Part shown: piece after piece, positions 11,393 through 23,099 of the stretch
How the letters are laid out: each line of letters starts with the position of its first letter
Numbering within the stretch: the first letter of the stretch is position 1
NCBI RefSeq assembly: GCF_009834535.1
Contig: NC_045696.1
Span: forward strand, 117,864,001 to 117,928,000
DNA length: 64,000 bases
Source: Camelus ferus
Lineage: Eukaryota
Reading direction: 5' to 3'
Translations under genes and position numbers: made by a program
The notes under the pieces: model-generated
Databases searched by the model: none
Seen by the model: the letters and a program-made list of their open reading frames with translations, nothing else
What the model was told of the DNA's origin: nothing

Positions 11393-12484
11393 TGGATAAT
11401 TCTCAGTTACAGCATCTAAATCCCGACAGAGCAGAATTTCAAGCCCCCTGACACTACCATGATACTTGGGGAGGAACATCAGAACAGACTCTTCTGTAAG
11501 AACTTCAGAACCCAGATGGCAAACACCTGTGACCTCCCCAGCACTGGGTGGAGTCGTGGCAGCCTGAAAGACAGCACATATTCTTACTTTGAGTGATGGC
11601 TGAAATTCCACAGCAGGCTCCCACACTGTTCTCCACGGACAGCCCCCACATAACCAGATGGATTGTCTGGCGTCGTGGCCCAAAGCCAGAGAAGAGGTCC
11701 CACTGGCCCTTACTGCCTCAGTGGGGAGGAGTGGAAGACAGGGTGTGTCTGTGGGTCTCAGAATAGGGACGCCAAGAAAGGGGGCACAGAAACAGAAAGA
11801 GAGAGGGCAGCTTAGGTGCCCTGGGCAGCCAAGGATGGAAGAGGAGACAGGGACAAAGCAGGACGGGTGAAGACGCCTTCCTGAGGCCAACTGAACCAAA
11901 CGCGGACCCCTCCACGTCCGGATGACATCAGGTCTTAAAGAAGAAACAGCTTCCTTGGCTCTGCCAGAGAAGAGTCACCAGCCCGCCCTGCAAATCCTGC
12001 CCTTCCCTGCTGCCAGCTCTTAGGGCCAAAGGACTTGCCCTCAGGCAACGAGTCCCACCAGCTTTTACAGGCCAGTTCCAAAGTGGCAATTGTGAAAGGC
12101 AAGGACCTAACTGCCTGGTCTCCTTCAGAAATAATGATAATCTAAAGTCTTTAACCTGTTCACGAGGCGCTGATAAACCCTGAGTTTGCCATTATTGGAA
12201 GAAATGACGCCGGGCCAGAACTGAGACTACAGATTGATTGATTTTTTTTAATTTAATATTTGTTCATGGGGAGGCTGGCTTATTCATCATGGCGGCACCT
12301 GCTAGGGCCATTACAGTTACAAGGCCTGTTGGAGAAGCTTTATGGTAAAGGCTTATTTCTATTATAAATACTGGTTGGGGTGAGTGGTTAATAAGCCAAC
12401 AGCTTCCTGTTATACTGGGGCTCCATCAGGTCTGGCCCAGAATGTTAATTCACACACATCATCTTTGTGCACACATGTGTGCGT

Positions 12485-12485
<1 letters not shown>

Positions 12486-12521
<36 letters not shown>
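12486..12521. repeat. (CA)n microsatellite
   Basis: Direct reading. Confidence 0.95.
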
Positions 12522-12523
<2 letters not shown>

Positions 12524-12549
12524 TAAATGTTATGCCAAAATCAACATCA

Positions 12550-12980
12550 TTAATTAAGTTGTGGAGGAAGTATTATCCAAGTCAACCCTTAAATTAATCA
12601 CTAACTTCAGATCAAGAATGTGAACAAACAAGTTGCTGAAAGCTCGTATTTTGAACCTAACTCAGTTACAAGAGCTCAATTATTAAAACGATATTATAAA
12701 AATATATGTGCTTGATTGCTATAGAACTACTTCTCGCAAGCAACTCAGCACATAGATTCTCACTTACTCAAGGACAATAAAAAGAATGTTATTACACAAT
12801 TCATTGGTCTATCAGTCAAGAAATAATTGTTAAGCACTCATTATGTGTGCTTTACTTGTTCATAGGAATGTGTGCATTACCATTCACACCCGAACTTCCC
12901 AAACTCAAGTACATACTGTAAAATATTTACATATGCGACTTGATGGTAAGTGTAGATTCTATTTCCCAATACCCGTAAGT
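12550..12980 (+). mobile_element. Possible highly decayed CR1 ORF2 C-terminal relic
   Basis: YRTTSRKQL (cf. YKTLVRPHL), KKNV (cf. KKDI) and LPKLKY..CDLM (cf. LP.LE.RRLRGDLI), in order. Confidence 0.4.
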
Positions 12981-13229
12981 CAAAATGGGTTTTGCCTTTG
13001 GAAGGTGAGGTTTCCATCCTGCACCCAGTAATCGAGTGGTTGTCAGCACAGGCATGAAGTAAGATACACTCCGGTCCCAGGCCCCTTCTTCGTCGCAGCA
13101 TCCTTCCAGCTGTGTGACCATGGGCTGGTTGATTAACCTTTCTGTGTTTCATACTTCCTCATTATCAAGAAAAAGTAATAATAGCACTATCATTGTTGCT
13201 GCAAAGACTAAATGGGGTAACAGATGGCT

Positions 13230-14720
13230 AATTCCAGGGCAGGGGTAGGGAAAGCACAAAATGAGCCTGGAATATCTTGTTATTCCAGAAAATACTGATT
13301 TGTTTAAAGAATGATGAACACATGCTGTGGAAGGTAGAATAATGGTCCCCCAAAGACATCGATATCCTAATTCACAGACCTCTGTATATGTTATTATACA
13401 TGGCAAAGGAGAATAGGGTTGCAGATGGAATTAAGACTGCTAATGAACTGACTTTAAAACAAGACGTTTATTCTGGATACCCCAGTGAGCCCAGTGTTAT
13501 CTCAAGGGCCCTTAAACGTGGAAGAGAGAGGCAAAATAGGGATCCAAGTCAGACAGAGACTTAGAGAAGCTAGTCTCCTGGCTGTGAAGAAGAGGAATGG
13601 GGCCACAAGCCAAGGGATGTGGGCAGCCTCCAGAAGCTGGAAAAGTCAAGGAAATGGATCCTCTCCTAGAGCCTCCAGAAGAAAGACAGTCCTTCAATAC
13701 CTTCATTTTAGCCCAATAAAGCCAATTTCAAGATGCTGATCTTCATAACCATCAGATAATAAATTTGTGTTGTTTAAGCCATTGAGTCTGTGGTAACACA
13801 GCAATAGGAGACTAATGCGTAAGTCAAGAAGACAGGATCCGGCTTGCTTTTATGCTAAGAGAGAGGATGATAAAGCAACGGCTAATCATTCTGGGTTACT
13901 GTGGGGAACCTGGGTGAAGGGGGTAAGGAAACTCTTACTGAATGCAATTTTCACAATATGTCTAAAATTATGTCAAAAGTAAGTTTTAGAAAAACAGGAA
14001 AAAAATTTGCAAAGGGAGGAATCAGATCTCCAGCATTCCTCCCATGCGCCACCTAGCCAGGCAACTAACTGTCCCTCTCTGACCTCGGAAAGAGATGGAC
14101 ATTTCAGAGGACTTAGGGTTCTAGTCACTTGGAAGAACAAACAATAAGAGTAGCTGGTAGATTACCTAATATGTTTGATTGAACTGGGAAGAGTCTTAAC
14201 AGTTTTTAGAGCTTGAAGAAAGAATTAGTGATCATTATGTAGAAAGCTAAGTTTTTAAAAAAGTGAAGCAATCATTAACTCCAGGAAAAATCAAAACTGT
14301 CATAAATAGGTCATCTGTAGTATTTATAAGGTCATAATAAAGCAAATGCTAAAATTGAATTTTTCAAAAGCTTTGATATAACTATAATAACAGCATGGGG
14401 AATTGGGAAAGATGCCGCTGGAAAGCTGAATCCTCATCTTCTGAGGTAGGAAGTCAGTAAGTAATTCTTAAAATGGAAAATTTGAGATAAAGAAATGCAA
14501 GCGTGTCCTTTTAAAATATGGAGGTAAACAGCAGAAGAAACAATTAAAATAGTTGAAAGTGGTTGTGGAGGGGGACTTCAAAGATAGGGGAGAGGGTGGA
14601 ACGGGAAAACAGTATTCGTTATAAAATTTGTGGTACAATTTTTCTTCTTTTTCCCATTCTTTCCATTTATTATACTCTGTACAAGCATCATGTGGATAAA
14701 AATTAAACACAAATGCCTTG
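13230..14720 (+). mobile_element. Old L1 (L1MC/L1MD-type) 3' region, split by MLT1D
   Basis: GGGAAAGCACAAAATGAGCCTGGAATATCTTGTTATTCCAGAAA and GCAATCATTAACTCCAGGAAAAA L1MC-type segments. Confidence 0.65.
13326..13819 (+). mobile_element. MLT1D MaLR LTR
   Basis: TGTGG..GAATAATGGTCCCCCAAAGA...GCAGATGGAATTAAG...AATAAATTTGTGTTGTTTAAGCCA...CAGCAATAGGAGACTAAT. Confidence 0.88.
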
Positions 14721-14984
14721 AACACAACATAGTATGTGCTTAACGAATATTTGATGTTGATGCTGCTGTGATCTTTGTTAAAGCTGCAAAACTGAAAGGA
14801 GGACCAATTTACATTCTGCACAGCAGCCTGAAGGTAAATTATTTCATACCTTCCTATTTCTGCACTCAAAGATAAAAACGCTTAGTGAATCAAACTCTAG
14901 ATAAGACTAAGATACATGTAAATCTGAAAATGTACTAAAAAATACCAGGCACCTGTTCATTTTCTTACTCACTTCTTCCTTTAT

Positions 14985-15395
14985 TTTTTCATTCAAAAAA
15001 TATTGAGCACCTACTATGTGCAGACACTGTTCCAGCAAAGGATCAAAATGGACCAAATTTCATACCTTTCTGGAACTTACATTTTACTTGGGAAAACAGA
15101 GAGATTCTGAAGATAGAGACAATGGGGCTTTTTGACAGACTTGACAATGAGCTGTGAAAAACAGGAATTAAAAAGGATTTCAAAATATTTGACCTAAGCA
15201 ACTAGAAGTATAAGTTGCCATCAGGTGATGGGGGAAAGCTGTGAAAGAAGCAGGTTCTGGTGGGAAGTCAGTTATCATTTGGATTTAAGGTTGAGATGCT
15301 TATTCCACATTCAGATGGAGTATCAAGTACAAGGTCGGTAGGTGAGTCCAGAGTTCAAGGAGGAGATCTGGACTGAAGATAAAATTTTAGAATGG
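14985..15395 (-). mobile_element. L2 LINE 3' fragment
   Basis: CATTCAAAAAATATTGAGCACCTACTATGTGC (reverse L2 tail) followed by L2 body sequence. Confidence 0.8.
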
Positions 15396-15829
15396 TTGGC
15401 CTGTCAGTCAGGGGGGTCAGGGTAGGACAGAGAAATCACTCAAGGTGTTTGAGGCAGAAACTTACAAATTTGTTGGAAGGGCTGAAGGAACAAAATTCAG
15501 GGACCATGGCTGGATGTTTCCCTCTGAAGTCTCTTCATCATAGCTGTAATTCAGAAGTCAGGAAACTGCCACCACCGCCACCATGACATGCCTCACGTCC
15601 ATGAAACTGGCAAAGAGACACAAGGGGGCCAATGTGGGGCCGAGGATGCTGGAAACACATTTATCAGATGGGGCTGCCACAGAAAAATGGCTCCAGCATC
15701 CTTGCTGTCTGCTACCTCTCATAGAAGTAGGCAGACCCTAAATTGCTTTCATAATCCAAGCTGCAAGGGAGTCTAGGAAATGTAGTTGTTAGCCTTCAAG
15801 TACCATGAATACAGAGGAGAACATCGTTA

Positions 15830-16500
15830 AATATTTTTGGTAAAATAAATGTACAGTTATTGTAAAAAAAAATACAAAGAATTAATGTCACTTGAAATTC
15901 TACTATTGAGGCAGGTATAATCACAACTAACACTTGGTGAACCTCTCACTATTGTGTATAAGTATATATAATACTTCTGTACTTGGTAATATCCATGTAT
16001 TTATCTGTCTACATACAATGATATATAAATGACTATTTTTTTTTTCCAGGAGAGGGGTCCTATAATCTCAGCTCGAGCAAGGTTTAATAATCCCTTCCCC
16101 ACAGCCCTCATTCCTTCCCCCTCCCATTTTTGCTTGCTCTATGCTCCCACGTGGTGGAGGGGGCCTCCAGAGGAGGGGGGGGGCCAGCACAGACTCCATC
16201 ATCCCACCCTCTGGCCCATCCCCTGGCCAGCGGCTCCTCCTCCCAGACCCACTCCATAAATGAATGATACAATTTATGCTACTTTATAATCTGCTTTTAC
16301 CAGCCAATAATAGGACGTGGCCATGTTTCTATGTTCAATAGATGTATATTTACATCACTGATTCAAGAACGCATTGCATAAATATACTACAATTTATATA
16401 ACTGCTCTCCTTTTGATGGACTTTTAAATCATCCCAATATTTCGATATTATACGCAATATTGCAGTGAGCATCCTTGTTAATATGACATTAAATTCTTGA
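15830..16500 (-). mobile_element. Old L1 (L1ME-like) 3' UTR fragment hosting a retrocopy
   Basis: AT-rich L1ME-type tracts (TTGATGGACTTTTAAATCATCCCAATATTT..AATATTGCAGTGAGCATCCTTGT). Confidence 0.55.
16033..16255 (-). pseudogene. Short retrocopy of an unidentified mRNA 3' end
   Basis: GC-rich insert in AT-rich L1; poly-T at 16036-16045; minus-strand ATTAAA at 16083-16088; flanking direct repeat ATAAATGA (16025-16032 / 16256-16263). Confidence 0.6.
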
Positions 16501-16699
16501 CGTCTGAAGCCTCTTTTCACCAAATTAAATATTTGGGGTAGAAAGAATCCATTAAACTCAGAAATGGTCACATTGTTGCAAAGCTTTATAAAATAAAATA
16601 ATCTGGAATGAGCTGATGTTATTATAAAACTTAGCTCCCCACCTTGGTGTCTTGAAGTTGGATATAATAAAATGTTTCCTTATGGAGTTTGTGTCAATT

Positions 16700-17490
16700 C
16701 ACTATGCCACCACAGGTGCCCTTTACAAATTCTTATGCTATTATCAACCTACAGTACTGTATTTTTTGAACACTGAGAAAATCATTTTTCCGTAAGTTTC
16801 CTTAACATTATAATTTGATGGTTAATTTAGTCACCAATGGTCTGCAGATACAAAATGTAAATATTGAACATAGGGTATAATCCCTGCCGCTTGATTTTCC
16901 TTGTCCACCAACTCAGGGTTGGATTTGTTAGGAAGTGAGAGAAAAATGAAAACTCATGTTGTGGTTCACTCAGTCATCCGGGCAGGCAGACTCTGAAAGC
17001 TTATAGAGATTCTTGCACTGTGTTTACCATCCTCCAACAAATTATTTCCATAGCAAAGAATTTATTAAGGTGGGTGTCTTCACATCTCTCCCTTCCTGGG
17101 TGTAATATCAGCATCACTGTGCAGACAAGCATGAGTGTGAGACTGTCCCTCTATAGATGGATAGCCTTATGGTCTCCGGATGCAATGCACTACATAGAGA
17201 GAGTGTAAGGTGTTATTGGTATGTAAAATAGAATCCTAAAATTGTGAAGCAAATTCTATCCCAGGAACGCTAGGCACCACATGGTAAACAAACGTAAACA
17301 AATCAGCTTTAAATCATTGATTTCTGTTTCCAAGACGATTAAATCCAAGTCTTAAAGGCTTCTTATTTCCTTCCCCCTTTTGGAGGCTGTCCTTCCTTGT
17401 CTACACCGCTTGATATATGTTGGCCTCTTCAAACATTCTACAGTCATAAAAACATCAGGGAAACATTTCACCTCTTGACAGACCATTCTG
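16700..17490 (-). mobile_element. Ancient CR1/L3 RT-domain relic
   Basis: Collinear minus-strand motifs: DVF.DCRMFEE (~17450, cf. DVIYLDFRKAFDK); TWI (17342-17350) and GNRNQ (cf. WI.NWL.NRKQ); VPG (17260-17268); NKFFA..RMVNT; LQ..ARMTE (cf. LQ.DL.RL.EW, ~16970-17000). Confidence 0.7.
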
Positions 17491-17727
17491 AACTTGGCTG
17501 GCTTCGGGAGCCATGGGGGACCATCTGTTCGCTCTGACTCCTTGGGTATCCGGAGGGCTCTTTTCCACGACAGGGATGTGGAAGTGCTCACTCTCGGACC
17601 TCCCCAGACAGCCGATCCTCTCAAGGACCTTCCAGTTTCCAGGAATCTCAATGGGCCATTTTCAGACCCTGTCAGTTGTCACTGGGGAAGGAGAGACGGA
17701 CCAAACAAGGGCACCGACAGTAGCTCC

Positions 17728-18165
17728 TTGTTGGGCCCCTGAGTCAGATTTCTCAGCAAACAGGCTCTAACACAGAGATTTCAGTGCAGGAGATTTATTG
17801 GGGTGTGTTTTGGGGTCAACGTCTGTGGGGGAGTGAAGGACACAGAATTGCGAAGAGGGGCGGGGTCAGACTTTGATGCAACTGAAGCAGAGGCTTCAGC
17901 CTCCCCCTCAGCCAGCCCCAGAACTCAGCTGGCTCTTCTAGGTCACCCCTGAATTATGGCCAGGGGACCTGGCCTTTGTACCCATGCAGCAACCAGTCAC
18001 TAGATGTAGGCTGCCCCTGGGAGGGAGTGTAACCTGATGAGAGGGCGTCCTCTTCGGTGAGGATGATTCCTGGACGAGCTCCCAGCAGAACCATCCCCCA
18101 GCAGTAGGGGAGGGAGTGCCTGTGCCCTGAGGGGCAATCTGGCAGTGCACTAGTGTATCCGCTGC
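17728..18165 (-). mobile_element. LTR16-family ERVL LTR
   Basis: GAGATTTCAGTGCAGGAGATTTATTGGGG...GGCCTTTGTACCC..CAACCAGTCACTAGATGTAGGCTGCCCCTGGGAGGG. Confidence 0.7.
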
Positions 18166-18524
18166 CCTCTCTCACTCTCAGGAATTCCCTGATGTCCCCG
18201 AAAGCCAACTCCATGTGCAAAGTTCCAGCTTGAAGAAATGACCACCATCTTTAGACATCAGAGAGGAGTAGGAAGGCAGGTACCATAGAGGGACCCCGAG
18301 GTTAATGGACCCTCAAATGCAGAGGCTCTGCAATTATGGACACAGTTACTACGAAAACTGCTGCAGTAGGTTTTAAAAGCCGCCTGAGATTAAGGAGCAT
18401 CACAGGGTCTGTGGAGAGGGTGCCTTAAAGGAGTAGGATTTTCCCTGGGGGCATGAACTGGGAACTTACGGCAGGATATCACCAGCATCGTTCACACCCG
18501 GGGTTTCCTTATATTTCCGCGTAG

Positions 18525-18937
18525 GTGTCCTGTCATATCCTGGAGCCCACCCCCGATGTCACTGGCAGCACCCATGTGTGTCAACAGCTTCCTGCTTCAT
18601 TCTGCATGAAAAGTGCTCTCTGGCCCGTGTAATGTCAAGTGGACTGGAGAAACCAGGGAGCTAACGCCCCAGGAGAGGCCCTCAAACAATGAGGAATGGA
18701 CGTTGGTAGATGAATATCCCAGCCACCTTCCTCTTGGTGACAATTCCAAAGCATGTCCTGCCCAGAGGGTCCCCGGTTGTCTGCAACGGCGACCCCCTCA
18801 TTAATACACCATTTATGGTCTCTCCTGACTTCCCTGAGTCTCCTCTCTGTCATTGGTTCCTGGGATCACCTATCAATGAACAACCTACACCCAAATCTTT
18901 GTCTCTACATCCACTTTGGAGGAAATCCAACCTGAGT
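18525..18937 (+). mobile_element. LTR16-family ERVL LTR
   Basis: GGGAGCTAACGCCCCAGG..GCCCTCAAACAATGAGG...CCTGGGATCACCT..CAATGAACAACCTACACCCAAATCTTTGTCTC. Confidence 0.75.
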
Positions 18938-19100
18938 GGTGAAGAATGTTGTTATCATTCCTGATGAAGCCTCTAAAAGTAAGGTGTAAACACATCCTTC
19001 CTGGGGAAAAGCTATTGTCTTCTCTTCACGTCCTCCAAAAATTCTAGAGACTAAATGCCCTCTGGGGTCATCCCCTCTTTGGCCCTTTATACGTGGAAAG

Positions 19101-19110
19101 GATGGGTAGA

Positions 19111-19142
<32 letters not shown>

Positions 19143-19230
19143 TAAAGAGATGGATGGGTAGATGGATGGATGGATAGATGGATAGATAGATAGATAGACA
19201 GACAGACAGAGATAAGAGATAGATAGAACG
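19101..19230. repeat. Compound (GATA)n/(GACA)n/(GGAT)n microsatellite
   Basis: Direct reading. Confidence 0.95.
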
Positions 19231-19567
19231 ATACAGATGTTCTGAGGTTTTTATGACCATTTTTTGCCCGTGTGCAAAAGCCTGCGAAATTTCTCTACAG
19301 AAAATATTCCAGCAGTGTAACGTTGATTTTGGATGCCTGCCATCCATTCTCCATCCTTCTGTTCATAACATTTTGGATTTTCCTTAAGGAAGCACTCCTG
19401 TCTGCACACAGTCCCTGTGGACACACAAGAGCAGATCCTCCTGAGTCACAGCCTCCCAGTTCCTCCCAAAGCAGAGAATCTGCAACATTCCTTCCCCCAT
19501 TGAACCCACTGCCCCCCAGCCATGGCTTCCTGTTGCACTTAAAATATATCTGAAACTATTTCCCTGA

Positions 19568-19885
19568 TTGCTCTAGAATGAATGTCTGTGTGCTCCCCAA
19601 GTTCATATGTTGAAATCAAATCCCCAATGTGAGGGTATTAGGAGGTGGGGTTGGGGGGGTAATTAGATCATGAGGGTGAAGACCTCTTGAATGAGATTAA
19701 TGCCCTTATAAAAGGGACCCCAGTTTCTCTCACCCCATCCGCTACACTGAGAAGACGGCTGTTTATGAACCAGGAAGCAGGTTCTTACCAGATACCAAAT
19801 CTATTGGCACCATGATCTCGGACTTCCCAGCCTCCAGAATTGTGAGGAATCAATTTCTGTTGTTTGTAAGCCCCCTAGTCTATGG
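19568..19885 (+). mobile_element. MLT1A/MLT1A0 MaLR LTR
   Basis: TTCATATGTTGAAATC..CCCCAATGTGA.GGTATTAGGAGGTGGG...GACTTCCCAGCCTCCAGAATTGTGAG. Confidence 0.88.
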
Positions 19886-19899
19886 CTTCTCTGCCATCT

Positions 19900-20336
19900 C
19901 ACAGCTTCTCACTCCAGCTCCACCTGGCTCTCTTCTCAGACATGCCAAGCTCAGCCCTGCCTTGGGCCTTTATAATAGTAACGTACCTGGAAAATTCCTT
20001 TCTCAAATCTTTATTCACCTACTGTGCCTTCTTGTTATTCAGTCCTCAAACCTAATGTTACCTCCTCAGAGAAGGGTTCCCTGACCACTCAACCTACAGT
20101 AACCAACCCTTCAGTCACCATCATATAACTCTGTTCTATTTTTATCAGAACCCAGGACAACATGAAGTTATCTTGTTTATTGCTTTACTCATTTACTGTT
20201 TGACACCCTCACAGAAACGTCAGCTCCATGACAGCATGGCATCATCTTTGTCTGCTCTACTATCCTCAGCACCTAGAATAGTACCTAGGACATCCTAGGT
20301 ATTCAATAAAAATACTTAAGCAATGAATGAATGAAA
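19900..20336 (+). mobile_element. L2 LINE 3' fragment
   Basis: CCTCAGCACCTAGAATAGTACCT...GGTATTCAATAAA...ATGAATGAATGAA tail. Confidence 0.8.
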
Positions 20337-20849
20337 TGTTTCCTGAGTATACAGCAAAACACAAGCTTTGAGAAAAATACATGAAACATCTACTCCAAAA
20401 TGTGTCGGTCATTGTTTTAAAACAACCTAAAATCTAAAGACAAAAGTATTAAGCAAACATGGTTCATGGCAACAATTAAGATGACTGTAGCCTCTCAGAT
20501 TTCAATCATCACTCTGCATTGTCTACAGATGTAAGATCAAAGGGTCCTGCCAATTCCAAACTTCCTTCATACCATGGATTTCATTATCCCAGATTGAGTT
20601 ATTTGCTGCTTCACGATGTTAAAATAATAGCAGGCTAGTTAATAAAAATAATATAACGACAACAGTGGTCGATGTTGCTATTCTCTTTGATCTGCAGGGG
20701 TCCTCTAGACAGGGAATTGAAAGGCAGCTGATTTCTGAGTCAGGCAAAGAATTCCATCAGAGTTATGCATACTTCAAGTCAAATCAGCAAAATGTGCCAT
20801 CTGAGGTAACCCATGAAATGTGCTTCACTAGAAACTACCCCGCGAGGAG

Positions 20850-21170
20850 GAGGGAGACGCAGGTGTGTCAGCAAGGATGTGGGGCTGTGTTGTTTTCTGC
20901 AGGACAAAAAGGAGCAAAGGCTGAAAGATTTAGCCCCTTGGAGCGATATCTTTGAGAGCCTGCAGTGATTTATTTGACAGGGAAGAGGAGGGCCGGCCCC
21001 CTCCTCTATAGGATCAGCGCCTTGATTATAAACACTCAATAACTTTCAGGTTGAAAATGCATTTTCTTCCCTTGCCTATACGTTTCTGATGCTTGCTTTA
21101 TGATTTCCTATTAGGAAATGCTATTTAATTCCGTCCACAGCTTGGTGACCTTTGTGTGGCTTCCCCACTT
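20850..21170. promoter_or_regulatory. Candidate developmental enhancer (PBX-HOX plus MEIS composite site)
   Basis: Repeat-free; TGATTTAT (20966-20973) followed one base later by TGACAG (20975-20980). Confidence 0.45.
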
Positions 21171-23099
21171 AGGAAATTTACAAGTAAATCACCAAGAAGT
21201 ATGTACACATCCACTTATAAAATATACATGCACTTGTAAATGAAAATGCACAAATGGCAAAAAAAAAAAAAAATGCTACATGCATTGCAAAAAACAGGCA
21301 TATGTGCCTGAGAGGTGGGAGGCAGGTGTTTGGGAAACCTTCACACCATCCCAATATTTTTCTAATGGTTTCCATTTCCAATGCAAGGGAGAATTTGGAA
21401 AACATTAGCCACTGCGGTGTGCTCTGAGCGGTGACATGTAGCTGGCAACGTGGTGGGTGGGATTCCTCCCCCTTTTTTCCCCTCTAACAAAGAAATAGGG
21501 TGAGTTTATTAAAGCACAAATGCCATTTCCATCCTGCAATGTTAACTGTGTGGCTGGGATCCCCGAGGTACAGAGGCAGTCAACGCAAACAGCTGTGCCA
21601 CCTACTTGCAACAGTTGTACGCCCACCACACAGCACGGAGGGGAGGAGCAGGTCAAAGAGAGCCGTAAAGAGGAAGGGGGGGAACCTCGCTGAGCTTGCT
21701 GCCCGCAACCCGAGGGAAGATCCAGCCCTTCCGAGGGTAGGTATTGTGTGTGTGGCTCAGAGCACCGGGCACACTCTTGCAACTTGTCTCCTATAAACCA
21801 CCTACCGCATTTTTATATTCTACAGTCACACAGACCAAAACAGTGTTTAGCAAATTAACAGAACTGCTAAATAAAAGGCGTATCAACCAACCTAGCAGGC
21901 AGCTTGTTGATGATTCTGAGTCGGGGGTGGCACTAACTGCCGTTTTGGTGGAAAGCGGTTGCTCCAGCATCTCTTTGTGGGACTTAGGAAGGATGGGGCG
22001 TTCTGGCCAAGCGGTTATTAGGTTATCTTTGCAGGGCCTAAGGGTTGTTCCAAGCCTGCCTGTGTCAAGAGGGGACACAGCGGGAGGGCACATATGGAAG
22101 GATCTATGCCGTGCTTTGCAGATGTCCAGGGGCAAAGAGCTCTCCTCTCTTGTCACTCCGCTGCCACGTCAGCCTGCGAGAGGCAGACTGTGGAGAGAAC
22201 ACCCTCCCTTGGCAAGCCCTCCTCTCAACCTCTTCTGAGCTTAAGGGCAGTTCTTAGGAGGAGCCCTGCTAAGTGAGAAATGTGAGAATAGAGAACCTTA
22301 GAATACGCCTTGTTTTCTGAAATGAGGCTGCTGGCCACCCCTTTCCTGGAAAGGGCCAACAGTGCACCAGGATCCAGCCTGATGTGTTCATCCCTCGTGA
22401 CCCACTCCATGCCTGAGGAGATGACCCTGCAGCCCAGGGTCAGAGTGAGACGACATTAAGTGGCCCCAACTGGGAATTGATCCTACAACCTGGACCTCAG
22501 TGGTAACGTGTCCTAATCAACTAAGACCAGGCTGACCTAAGACACTCTCCCTGAAGCTCCATCCCCCTGACCCCGGATATCCCCAACTCTTCTCTGCTGC
22601 AGCATTCCATCCCCATGGCAACGTCCTTCCATCCATTGTCCCCTCTACAGCTTGTCACATAAATATGATAGATGTCACAAAAATACTATTTTTAAAGATC
22701 ACCTTGGTTTTGGTTTCTTCAACACCTTTCATTGAATGGTCCCAGTGATATTTCAGTGGATGCACATGGGATCCATCAATGGAATAAAGTGGTCCAGGAT
22801 CCCTGCCTCAGAAGAGACTCTATTCTAGCAAGAGAAGATAGACGATGAACAACAAGCACAATATATTAAATGATAAATGTGGAGAAAGATAACGTTAAGC
22901 AGGATAAGAAGGAAGCAGGTGTGCAGGGGTGGGGCAAGTGGCCACTCACAGATCAGGCTCTTCCCAGGACTTTGGCTTTGATGCTGAGAGGAGTGAGAGC
23001 CCCGGCAGGGCTCCAGGGCAGAAGTGACCTGATCTGACCTGTGCATTACGGGGGCCATGGTGGCTGTTATGCGCACAGTAGTAAACCCAGATTCCCCTC

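Noticed and set aside
11626..11646. REST/RE1 site
   Set aside because: Only the right half (CCACGGACAGC.CC) matches; the left half TCAGCA is absent.
11369..11899. 176-aa minus-strand ORF
   Set aside because: GC-rich, unrecognisable translation that ends inside MER5A.
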